DNA of 64,000 bases, taken from NCBI GenBank assembly GCA_964016885.1, contig OZ024753.1, positions 14,694,001 through 14,758,000 on the forward strand. Reading direction: 5' to 3'. This document shows, piece after piece, positions 42,506 through 53,851 of the stretch. A model generated the notes under the pieces. It did not search any database. It was not told where the DNA came from and was given only the letters and a program-made list of their open reading frames with translations. The position numbers and the translations under genes are program-made. This DNA is from Eledone cirrhosa. Taxonomy: Eukaryota. Every line of letters begins with the position of its first letter. Positions within the stretch are counted from its first letter, which is position 1.

Positions 42506-42584
42506 TATCCTGATGTTTTCCAAAAGTAACGGTTGCATTTTGAAAGGGTATGTCAATGTTTATTTATAAAACTGGTATATATTG

Positions 42585-42649
42585 TATTTTGTCTGATGAA
42601 GGCATACTATAATTTAACTTAGTATCCTTGAAATATGTATAATGAAATA
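42585..42649 (+). ncRNA. Minimal type I hammerhead motif (family 2)
   Basis: TATTTTGT-CTGATGA-AGG c ATACTA..TAGTAT c CTT-GAAA-T atgt A-TA-ATGAAATA. Confidence 0.7.
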
Positions 42650-43813
42650 AATATGGTTTTATAAATATAGTTTCCATTTGTTAATATCGTATATATATAT
42701 ATATATATATCATCATCATCATCGTTTAACGTCCATCTTCCACGCTTGCATGGGTTTGGACGGGAGTTTTCCCACTTGAGGCAAGATTGGTTGTCCTGCT
42801 CGTATAGGACTGTCTGGCGGGTTTTCTACGGCTGGATGCCCTTCCTAACACCAACCACATTTATATATATATATATATATATGCAGAAGTTATATTTAAT
42901 TTGTTGGGATTCCAACAAACTTAAAAGTTTATAACTGCTATAGACCACTCAACAGATTACTGGAGTAAATACACAATATATTAATAAATGGACACTATAT
43001 TTATAAAACCATAATTATTTTATTATATATATTTCAAGGGTGACTAAGGCAGTCTTGGTGCGCTATGAACTCCAACCAAAATTCATCTCATTTCTACAGC
43101 CGAGTAAACTGGAGCAATGTGAAATAAAGTGTCTTGCTCAAGGAAACAATACATATATATCCAAAATTAAATTAAGGGTGTCATGTCTGAGAGACATGCG
43201 CCATATCCACTGCAGAATATGTTCAAAGATTCCAATGAATAGATCCGAGCATTTTATGCCAAGTGTGCTTACACACTTTACAAATTATTCCCTGTGATTG
43301 TTTCATGTGTTTATTTTATATATATATCTATATGTCAATCAATTTCTAGTTGATATATACATATATATTTAAAACACAAATTTAAATTTTGTAAACCAAA
43401 ACAATGCGTTATGAAGAATGTTAAATTGCCAAGATAAAAGAATCTTACCTTAGCAAATTTAACGATCCCAAATATTTTCAGGTTTAAAAGCCAATTATCA
43501 AGAGAGTAACCCTATGAGAGACTTAAAGCATTGGGCTTACACTAGTGAGGTTGTGAGTTCGATTTGCTGACCGGCCTGTGTGTTGTTTTCTTGAGCAAGA
43601 CACTTTATTTCACTTTCCTCCAGTTCACTCAGCTGTAGAAATGAGTTGTGACATCACTGGTGCCAAGCTGTATCAGCCATTGCCTTTCCCTTGGACATCA
43701 TTGGTGGCATGGAGAGGGAAGACTGGTATACATAGGTGACTGATGGTCTTCCACAAACAACTTTGCCTGAACTTTCTAGGTGCAGAGCCCATGGTCATTC
43801 ATGACATGAAGGG

Positions 43814-43922
<109 letters not shown>

Positions 43923-44115
43923 ACACAGTAAAAACCTCCCAGCCCCACACTGTAAATGTGGTTGGTGTTAGGAAGGGCATCCAGCTGTAGAAAACCCGCC
44001 AGACAGTCCTATGAGAGCAAGACAATCACTCTTGCCTCAAGTGGGAAAACCCCCGTCCAAACCCATGCAAGCGTGGAACACGGACGTTAAACGATGATGA
44101 TGATGATGATGATGA

Positions 44116-44176
<61 letters not shown>

Positions 44177-44420
44177 GGAGGTGAGTTTTATTGTAGTACA
44201 ATAAAGCAATGCAGATATCGGATAAGAAGCACTCTACAGTTTGTAGGACTGGAATATACATAATATATACACAAATGTTATTGCATGATGATATTTGTTT
44301 TTGAAATGCGCATAATAAAATACATGGAACTCTTTTAACCATCTTTTGATCTTATATATATATATATATGTATATATCAATGATATTAATAAATGGAAAC
44401 AATATTTATAGAACCATATT

Positions 44421-44482
44421 TATTTTATTATATATATTTCAAGGGTACCAAAAGTTTTGGTACGCCCTCATCAGATAAAATA
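44421..44482 (-). ncRNA. Minimal type I hammerhead motif (family 2), sense to the SK pre-mRNA
   Basis: TATTTTAT-CTGATGA-GGG c GTACCAAA act TTTGGTAC c CTT-GAAA-T atat A-TA-ATAAAATA. Perfect 8-bp stem I. Confidence 0.8.
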
Positions 44483-44555
44483 CAAAATTTGTTTTATAAA
44501 TGTTGACATACCCAAGAAACCTGACCTTATCGGTTCAGGTTCAGTTTGGATAGTG

Positions 44556-45672
44556 AAAGAAAACTTTCAAATCTTTAGAATGAATATGTAAATGAGGTTG
44601 AAACATAAGGCTGAAAAGAGATTGTTATATTTAGACGCTAGGTAAATTTAAATAATTATTAGGATAATTTATAAAGGAAGAAGAAAAACGAGAGGCTAAT
44701 ATTAATTCAAGAAAAAATTACAGTTAGAAATACACTATTATCTTTGTCTTTCATCCTTACGGGGTCAATAAAATAAAGTACCAGTAATGCACTGGGTAAT
44801 TGCTGGCCTTGTGCCAAAAAGTATAAACAATTATTAAGATAAAATTGTATGGATCATATCAATGATGGTGTGAGGAGAGTGATATAATTATATTTAATTA
44901 TTTAATTATATAATCATATATAAAAATATTTAAATTATCTATCTAGTGAAAATAACAACATATATACTCACCAAAAATATTTATATAAATACTTATATAA
45001 ATAACCTGTTGTAATATAATAAACTAAAATATACTTACAACCTTAAATTAAATATACTTATAAATATTATCTATATAATATCATAACTCATAATTTGAAT
45101 AAATCCAATAACTAGTTGTATATCTTAATTTTTAAAAATTTTACCTTGGTATTCTACCGCTTCAACACATTTTTAACTCTCATATTATTTTATAGATACT
45201 ACCAAAATATATAATTAAATAATTAAATATAATTATATCACTCTCCTTACACCATCACTGATATGATCCATACAATTTATCTTAATAATAATAGTGTATT
45301 TCTAGCTATAATATTTTCTTGTATTAATATTGGTGTCTCTTTTTTCTTCTTCCTTTATAAATTATCCTAATAATTATTTAAATTTACCTAGCATCTAAAT
45401 ATAACTGTTTCTACTTTAGGCACAAGGCCAGCAATTACCCAGTGCATTACTGGTACTTTATTTTATCGACCCCGTAAGGATGAAAGGCAAAGTCAACCTC
45501 AGCGGGATTTGAACTCAGATCGTAAAGGGACGTAACTATGCTGGAAAGCATGGCGTCTGACCCTCTACCGATACTGCCAATCCACCTAGCATCTAAATAT
45601 AACGATCTTTATTCAGCCTTCTGTTTCAACCTCATTTACATATTCATCCTAAATATTTGAAATGTTTCTTTC
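44556..45672. repeat. Long inverted repeat with ~270-bp arms, each interrupted by SINE B
   Basis: 44556-44911 is the reverse complement of 45209-45672 once the SINEs are removed. The right SINE has a 20-bp TSD, ACCTAGCATCTAAATATAAC. Confidence 0.85.
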
Positions 45673-46310
45673 GTGTGTGTGTGTTCATTAATTCTATTTA
45701 TTCTTTCATGTCTGGCACTTTTTTTATTGATTTCTTTTTGTCAAACCACTAAGTTATGGGACATTAACAGATAGAGATATACACTTAAACATGGTGGTTG
45801 CCAACTCGTTTTCGAGTACGGCCACTACTTTATATCCATGTAGGAGAACCCCTACCGATGCGCTGAACGAGTGTGACTTTTTAGTCCAGCCAGCGACTTG
45901 AAAACTCTGGTACAAACACTACACTTGTGACAATTACTGACACATAGTGCTGGGCCCATGGTACCATGTGACGACAAGTGCAGAGAGATCTCCAGATATA
46001 AAGCAATGCCTGTGCCGTGAAGCTTTTATTTGTCTCCTTCTTTTGTGCCCCTCTGGCTAATAAAGAAACATATCTATATATCTATCTATCTATATATAAT
46101 AATATAATAATTATTTCTACTTTTGGCCCAAGGCCAGCAATTTCCCAGTGCATTACTGGTACTTTATTTTATCGACCCCCTAAGGATGAAAGGCAAGGTT
46201 AACCTCGGCAGGATTTGAACTCAGATCATACAGGGAGGTAACTCTATGCTTCAAAGCATGGCGTCCGACCCTCTACCGATACTGCCAATCCACCGCCTTA
46301 TAATAATATA

Positions 46311-46481
46311 ATAATACAAGGATGATTTGTTAAGCCTTCATTACGTTTATTGCTTGGTGACACGCGTTTCGCTATAGATTAGCTCAAGGTTTGATCTGTA
46401 TTGATCTGGTCCAATAATAGCAAAACGCACGTCACCAATCAATAAACGGAATGAAGACTTAACAAATCGTCCTTGTATTAT
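46311..46481. mobile_element. MITE-like fold-back element with ~60-bp arms
   Basis: ATAATACAAGGATGATTTGTTAAG...CGTTTCGCTA and TAGCAAAACG...CTTAACAAATCGTCCTTGTATTAT. Confidence 0.75.
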
Positions 46482-48944
46482 ATATGTCAGGTCACCAGTT
46501 GGTGCTACTGGTAACATGTATCCCAGTACAACCTGTCTCATGGTCGGGTCATTGGCGACTAAACTGGCAACCCCACCAAGATTTCTTGGTGAGGAGGGTG
46601 ACTTTGGACATCCTGCAGGACTAAAAACGAAACCTGTCAAAGGGCAAAGGGACTCCTGGGAGCTCTTAGAGCTCTTGGAGTCAATGGCCATCCAAAACCA
46701 GCACGGCCCGCCGAAAGGCGCTGCAGTGCCGGAAAAGTCACATTCCCTGATGTTACTTCCTGCTACTAGTATGCTGGTAAGCTAGTACAACGTATCTCCA
46801 GACGGATAGAGTGGGTCCGTAGCTTTGGTTAGCGACTACTCTAGTGCTTGCAACACGAACAATTAGGGCGAGGGTATAAATGCCAGGTTGGTATCTGGCG
46901 CCGGGTAACCCACCACACGGAGGAGAAAGCACCTTTTTCAAGACTTGGCTGTCAAATTCTTTCACATGTGTGTAGTAGTGGCGCCCACACACATTATTAG
47001 CTATTTGAAAAGATGATGGATTTCGCAACTGACTGCACCAGGGTTCCTGTCCCTCAGGGAACCACACTATATGGGATACCTGTTGATATAGGTCCAACCC
47101 CTGCTTTCCCGGGTCCTGTTTCTGATCATAATGATCTCTAGGGATACGGGAATCAGTAGACGGGACCTGGGGGCAGCGATGGGTGACAGGGAATTCTGGG
47201 GCATGAGGGTGAGATCCATCATCTCGACAGTAGTCGAAGAATGATGATGATGATGATATATAATACACTCTGTCTATCTCTACACCTCGCCACTGACGTG
47301 AACCTAAACATGGAATGCTCACCTGGGTGAACCTACAGTAACCTCACATTACACCCCCTGTATATATATATATATATATATATACAGGGGGTGTAATGTG
47401 AAGTTTTCTTTTTTCTTTTCACTTCATAAACCTTGTTTGTAAATAACATTATTCTTTCTGCACTATTTCTTTAACATGAGCAATGCCACCATTCTACACC
47501 AATACATATTATTATCATTTGATAATGCATAATAATGCTGAAACTGGTAATAGACAATTATTAAATATATAAATAAATAAATAAATAAATGCCATTTTTA
47601 ATTAATAAATAAATCAACTAATACCTTAACACTTCACACAAAGTAAAATATTTCGTTTTAATAATTTTCTAACCCAGAAAAAAGAGAGAAAGAATTAAAA
47701 AAGGAAAAAAATATATTTTTCTTCCTAATAATCGTCTTTTTCTCCGTTTTCATATATATATAAGAAAGTTAGGGCTCTAAGACTGAGCTCTTGTCATTTC
47801 AACAACAAATTCCGGTGTGGTTAGCTTTACCTTTTATCCTTATTGAGTTGATAAAATAAAGTACCAGCTATGCACTGGGGTAATTGCTGGCCGGCCTTGA
47901 CTTTTTCTCCCCTCCCCCAAAATTGTTGGCCTTGTGCCTAAATCAGAAACCATTATTCCTGATAAATATCCATCAAAAAACTTCTAATATGAATTTCATA
48001 AGAAAATATTATTTTTTTCACAATGGTCTTACAGTCATGGGTAGAAGCGTGGCTGTGTGTTTATGGGGTATGTTTTGAAACCACATGGTTTTATTTTCAC
48101 TCCTATATGTCATCTTGGATAAGACAGAAACTACAGCAACCTCTATGTATTTGACCATGTGAACCACTTTTTTTAAAAAAAATCTTCTTTATACCTCCAT
48201 TGCCTCATGTTTTGCTCTTTCTTGTTTTCTCTCTTTGTTGCTCTCTTGACTTCATTTGTTAACTATCTAAAGTCTGTGTAAGCCAAAAGGTTCATTTGGT
48301 CAGCACTTATCCCGGTTTCATGGCGTGAAGCAGCTGTGAGTACAAGACTCTCCCCAGGACAGGACACCAGTCCATCGCAGGGTTAAACCTCCAGCTTTAG
48401 CTGGTACTCATTTTCAGCTGAGTATACGGGAGCAACGTGAGATGAAGTGTTTTGCTCAAGAACACAACACACAACCCAGGAATCGAACCCACAACTTTAT
48501 GATCATAAGTCCAACACTAGGTCACGTGTCTCCACTTATTAACTATAAGGAGTACTAAATACTCCCTCTAGTCTATCATGGCTTACTAACACTATGTATA
48601 TATGGTTCCATAACCACTGAGAGAGTTGTAGGGGCACTGTTTTGACATACAGTATTTCTAGGGCATTCTTTTAAACCTGGCAGAGCCAGGTCTGAATACA
48701 ACAGATTTCTTCCAGAGCAGGACAAAGAGTGAGAAAATGGAAATGACAAAGAGATATAGAGGAAGAAACGAACCACGTACTAGACTAGTACTATTTATAT
48801 GTGTGTGTGTGTGTGTGTGTGTAAAAGGTAAACAGAAATAACAACACAATCCGTACAGTATATGGAAGAAATATATTAAGTTAACGCTTCAAATATATAT
48901 ATATACACACACACACACATGTATGTATGTATGTATATTTACAT

Positions 48945-50190
48945 CCAATATCGAACCTCAGGCGCTTTGCTGCAAAACCAAAAGTATTTACGTCAATCAT
49001 AAGAGACCTCTTGTATGCAGATGATTGCGATCTTGTAGCACACAGAGATTGATATGCAGCACATTTTGAATTCATTTTCTGATGCTTGCACTGCCCTAGG
49101 ATTGACTGTCAGTCTCAAGAAAACTGTCGTCATGTACCAACCTGCCCCTGGTAAACAGTACAGTGAACCAAATATCTATTTGTATGGTAAACGACTTGGA
49201 GTGGTTGATCAGTTTATCTACCTGGGAACCACTGTCAATTGATGCAGCAACCTTGATAATGAAATTCCACTCAGGATTAGGAAAGCAAGCGATGCTTTCA
49301 GAAAGCTAGAAAGGTGACTCTGGGGTCAGCGAGACATATGCAAGAAGACAAAGGTAAAGGTGTACAAGGCATGTGTGCTCTCTTCTCTTCGTTATGCCTG
49401 CGAGACCTGGGTCAGATATCGACACCACCTTAAACAATTGGAGCATTTCCATCAGATGTGTCTCAGATGGATCCATGGCGTTCACTGGAGGGACCACATC
49501 AGTGTGGTCGAGATTTTGGAAAGCTCTCTATGTGACAGTATAGAAGCTCTTGTGCTTAAGCAAAGACTCTGTTGGAGTGGTCACCTTGCCAGGATGAAGG
49601 ATTCTAGAATACCAAAACAACTCTTTTATGGATAGTTAGTTAAAGAAAAACGACATCCACATAACCCCAAAAAGAGGTATATGGATTCGTTGAGAATCTC
49701 TTTGAAAGACGCTAACATCTCTGCTGATACATGGGAAAATCTTGCTGCTGATCGTAATAAATGGAGAAAAACTGTATATGAGGGAAAAAGTTGCCTTTGA
49801 GGCATCTCGAATTGCATACAAGAAAGTAAAGCGGGATGTGAGGAAGGGCATTGCTGTTGCACTTTCAGACGGAGAGGGTCCTCCTATGGTGCTGGCATGC
49901 AGCATTTGTGTGAGACTCTACCTTAGCAAAGTTGGACTCGAAAGTCATCTTCGCAGTCATAAAGTGAGACCAGTGGTTGACTACCAGGCTGCTGTTGGAG
50001 ATGCTACTCATCATGCTTGCCAAACATGTGGTAGAGAATGTAAATCAGCAGGAGGGCTCAAACAACATGCAAAAGTACATGATCTCCAACCACAGCCGGC
50101 TATTCCCAGTAAATGTTTTGGTTGCCGACTCTGTGCAAGACATTTTAGATCATTGGCTGGGCTAAACAGCCACATTTGATTGCAGCGCTG
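48945..50190 (+). mobile_element. Degenerate 5'-truncated BovB-like RTE LINE with three C-terminal C2H2 fingers
   Basis: LLYADDC, FIYLG, ACETW, RLCWSGHLARM, then CSIC..HLRSH, CQTC..HAKVH, CRLC..H. Several stops and frameshifts. Probable tail displaced to 50950-50990 by SINE insertions. Confidence 0.88.
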
Positions 50191-51031
50191 TTAGTTGCTA
50201 TCGTGTGTGTGTGTGTATGTGTGTATAGATGTGTGTGTTTGTGTATATATATATATATTATTATTATTATTGCTGTGGATTGGCAGTATTGGTAGAGGGT
50301 CGGATGCCATGCTTTGACATATAGAGTTACGGCCCTTGCCATTGTCAGTTCAAATCCCGCCAAGGTTAACTTTGCCTTTCATCCTTAGGGGGTCGATAAA
50401 ATAAAGTACCAGTAATGCACTGGGTTATTGCTGGCCTTGTGCCTAATGTAGAAACAATTATTATTATTGCTGTTGTTTGGATTTGCAGTATCGGTAGAGT
50501 CGGACACCATGCTATGCAGCATAGTGTTACGTCCCTTTATGGTCGGAGTTCAAATCCCGCCGAGGTTAACTTTGCCTTTCCTCCTTACAGGGTCAATAAA
50601 ATAAAGCACCAGTAATGCACTGGGGTTGATTTAATCAACTTTTCCCTCCCCGACTTGTGCCTATACTTGAAATCATTATTATTATTGTTATTAATGTCGT
50701 TACCAGTAATACACTGGGATAATTGCTGGCCTTGTGCCAAAAGTAGAAACAATTAAAGGCGGTGAATTGGCAGTATCGGGAGAGGGTTGGACGCCATGCT
50801 TTTCAGCATAGTTACGTCCCTTTACGCTCTGAGTTCAAATCCCGTTTAGGTTAACTCTGCCTCTCACCCTTACGGGGTCGATAAATAAAGTACCAGTAAT
50901 GTACTGGATGCCAAAAGTAGAAACAATTATTATTATTTTTTTTTTTTCGTGCAATGGCCATACTCGATAACGAGGGGGCAGCCATCATATATATATATAT
51001 ATGTGTGTGGGTGTGTGGGTGTGTGTATGTG

Positions 51032-51064
<33 letters not shown>

Positions 51065-51620
51065 GTTAGTATTACCTCCACCCTCACATCTTTATACATA
51101 CACTTACTCACCACCACCACTATTATCAACTATTGTATCCTGTACTTATATATATATATTTTTTCTTATTTTTTTTACTTTTTACATCTCTAACTTCTTT
51201 ACCTCTTTATCATTATATTTTATTATTGATCTTATTATTTTGATTTTACGCTGTATCTCTATATATACCATGTCATATGTGAGTTCTCTAGTATTCTGAG
51301 GATTTGATCAGAGGTAAACACTGTATTTAAGGTCGAGTGATGCAACTTCGAATGATTAGCGGCATCTAGACTCGCCTGATCAATGAAACAATTGTTAATA
51401 CTTGAAATAAAGCCCCTTGTTGTACAGCCGACCATGTTATTCTTCATTCTTTCACTGTCTCTCTCTCTCTATATATATATGTATATATGTATATATATAT
51501 ATATGTATGTATGTGTGTATATATGTATGTATGTATATATGTGTGCGTATATATATATATATATATATATATATAAGTTTAGGAATAACCAAAGAGTGCT
51601 TAGAAATACATTGTTTTATT

Positions 51621-51667
51621 AGCTAACAGTGTTTCATCCATACCCTATGGCAGGAATCATCAGAGCC
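51621..51667 (-). ncRNA. Minimal type I hammerhead motif (family 3)
   Basis: GGCT-CTGATGA-tTCC TGCC atag GGTA t GGAt-GAAA-C act G-TT-AGCT followed by AATAAAA. Confidence 0.62.
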
Positions 51668-52488
51668 TATTAACAAGCCGAAACTATATATATATATATA
51701 TATAGTTTTGTCTTGTTAATAGGCTCTGATGATTATATATATATCATCATCATCATTTTACGTCCGCTTTTCCCTGCTTGCAAGGGTGGGACGGGTCTTA
51801 TTCAGCACAGCATCTCTCCACTCGTCACGGTCCCTCGTCATCTCCACCGTGAGCTTCAATGATCTGAGGTCTGTTCTCACCACCTCCGCCCATGTTTTTC
51901 GTGGTCTATCTCTACCACGTCTTCCTTCAACTATATATATATATGTGTGTGTATATATATATATAATACTTCATTTTCTTCTCAAATCTGTCAGTGTTCT
52001 CATTGTAATATAACTACCAAGACATGGTTATATACGGTTTATGTGGGTGTAGTTGTTATTTCTGTTGTAATTGTTATTGGTGTCATTGTTGTAGTTGCAG
52101 TTACTTTCTCTGACCTAACTTCAAAAGCTGCGTGTAATAGGAGTGGTACTAAGTACTCTGTAGGGAGAAGTATTGGCATAGCTGTGTGGTTAAGGGGTTT
52201 GCTTTCACTATCATGTAATTTCAGGTTCAATCCCACTGTATAGCATCTCAAGCAAGTGTGTTCTACTATAGCTTGGACTTGACCAATGCCTTGTCATTGA
52301 AATTTGATAGAGGGAATTTGCCAAAGTCTGTCATATATATATATGACAGACTTCATTGTGTCTGGCCTCTATAATATATATTAATTGCTCTGGTCTTCCT
52401 TTAGTCCATTGAGCACTTGCCGCATATCTCGAAAATTGGGTTTTGCTTTGTTTTTGGCCACCGTCGAAATACGATCTCGCTGAAATTA

Positions 52489-52539
<51 letters not shown>

Positions 52540-53013
52540 CAAAGGAGGTGTGGAACCAGATGGACCATAACACACCAGACTACTCAATACTTAGGGTAGT
52601 AGAGTGGGTAACAGGAAATAATTCAAGACCCCGACCGCAGAGCTCAAGCTATTTTGACGGCTATATATATATATAACAAAGGAATTGTGGTAAGGAACCA
52701 GATGGACCATAACGCATCAGAGTCCAGAAATAGCCGTTGAAACGGCTTGACCTCTGCTGTTGGGGTCATACTTTTTCCTATATATATATATATATATATA
52801 TTTTAAACTTTATTTTATCATTAGTTAAGGCTCTATTGATTTTTCCCTGGATTTCACTAAATTCTGTGGATGAATCTATATCCTGATTCTCTTTGAGATG
52901 AGTTTGAATTATTTTTCCCACATCTTACGTTAACTATTTTTCCCATTTTGACGCTATAGTCACTTATATACTATGGAATACTGTTGGCTTTTCTCTACAA
53001 TGTTTTCTATACC

Positions 53014-53068
<55 letters not shown>

Positions 53069-53295
53069 AGGTTTTTTTACAAAATGAAAAAAAAACGAAG
53101 TGCCCTACACGAGTGAAAGTATAAGGAAAAAAGATGAAATCGAAAATGCAACGAGTCTTATTTAAAAAAAAAAAAATATTTATTTAGTTCCTTTACCGGT
53201 TTTACAGTTCTTGTGCTTTTCAAAAGTAGAATTGAGATGGAGGGTTTGTGGTTTTTCTCTCACACACACACACACACATATATATGTATATATAT

Positions 53296-53637
53296 GGAGG
53301 CACATGGCTTAGTGGTTAGAGCATTGGCCTTGCAATCGAAAGGTTGTGAGTTCAATTCTCAGACCGGGTGATGTGTTGTTTTCTTGAGCAAGACACTTTA
53401 TTTCACATTGCTCCAGTTTACTCAGCTGTAGAAATGAGATGATAGGGACTGGGGTCCCTATCATTCCACTGCAAAGTGGTCGTGGAGGTGCCATGGCAAA
53501 AAAGCACCCAGCACTCACTGTAAATGAGGTTGGTGTTAGGAAGGGCATCCAGCTGTAGAAATCAAGCCAGAATCAGTTCCCGTCCCACCCTTGCAAGCAG
53601 GGAAAAGCAGACGTAAAATGAAATGATGATGAAATGA

Positions 53638-53640
<3 letters not shown>
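53296..53640 (+). mobile_element. SINE family A, full length
   Basis: tRNA-like head GGAGGCACATGGCTTAGTGGTTAGAGC...GTTCAATTC. Tail shared with the RTE 3' UTR. Confidence 0.9.
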
Positions 53641-53684
<44 letters not shown>

Positions 53685-53710
53685 TACTTGTCTATACCAT
53701 ACTAATTCAA

Positions 53711-53765
53711 ACTGCCTGAAGAGGTCACAGCCAAAGATGGCTGTCACTGAAATATATATAGCAGT
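53711..53765 (+). ncRNA. Minimal type I hammerhead motif (family 2-like architecture)
   Basis: ACTGC-CTGAAGA-GGT c ACAGCCA aaga TGGCTGT c ACT-GAAA-T atat A-TA-GCAGT then AATAAA. All stems intact. Confidence 0.83.
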
Positions 53766-53809
53766 AATAAACGAAGCTACATTTTAATCATTTGACTTTT
53801 ATTTAACTT

Positions 53810-53841
<32 letters not shown>

Positions 53842-53851
53842 TTAATATATA

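Noticed and set aside
43444-43500. Minus-strand ...FAK|GTAAG resembling the SK 'LAK' exon end
   Set aside because: The upstream peptide does not match the calmodulin-binding/coiled region, and the required preceding exons are absent.
46753-47322. 189-aa ORF in a GC-richer segment
   Set aside because: No recognisable domain; probably a decayed TE fragment.
48651-48775. Polypyrimidine tract plus AG and GTATGT as a possible alternative SK exon
   Set aside because: Atypical GAAG acceptor, in-frame stop, no homology; unsupported without RNA data.
53296-53368. tRNA-like sequence with A and B boxes
   Set aside because: SINE head with no proper acceptor stem, continuing into the SINE body.
53711-53765. 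Hammerhead as the 5'-processing ribozyme of the adjacent RTE
   Set aside because: It lies outside the TSD and is separated by a (TA)n run, so it is treated as an independent element.
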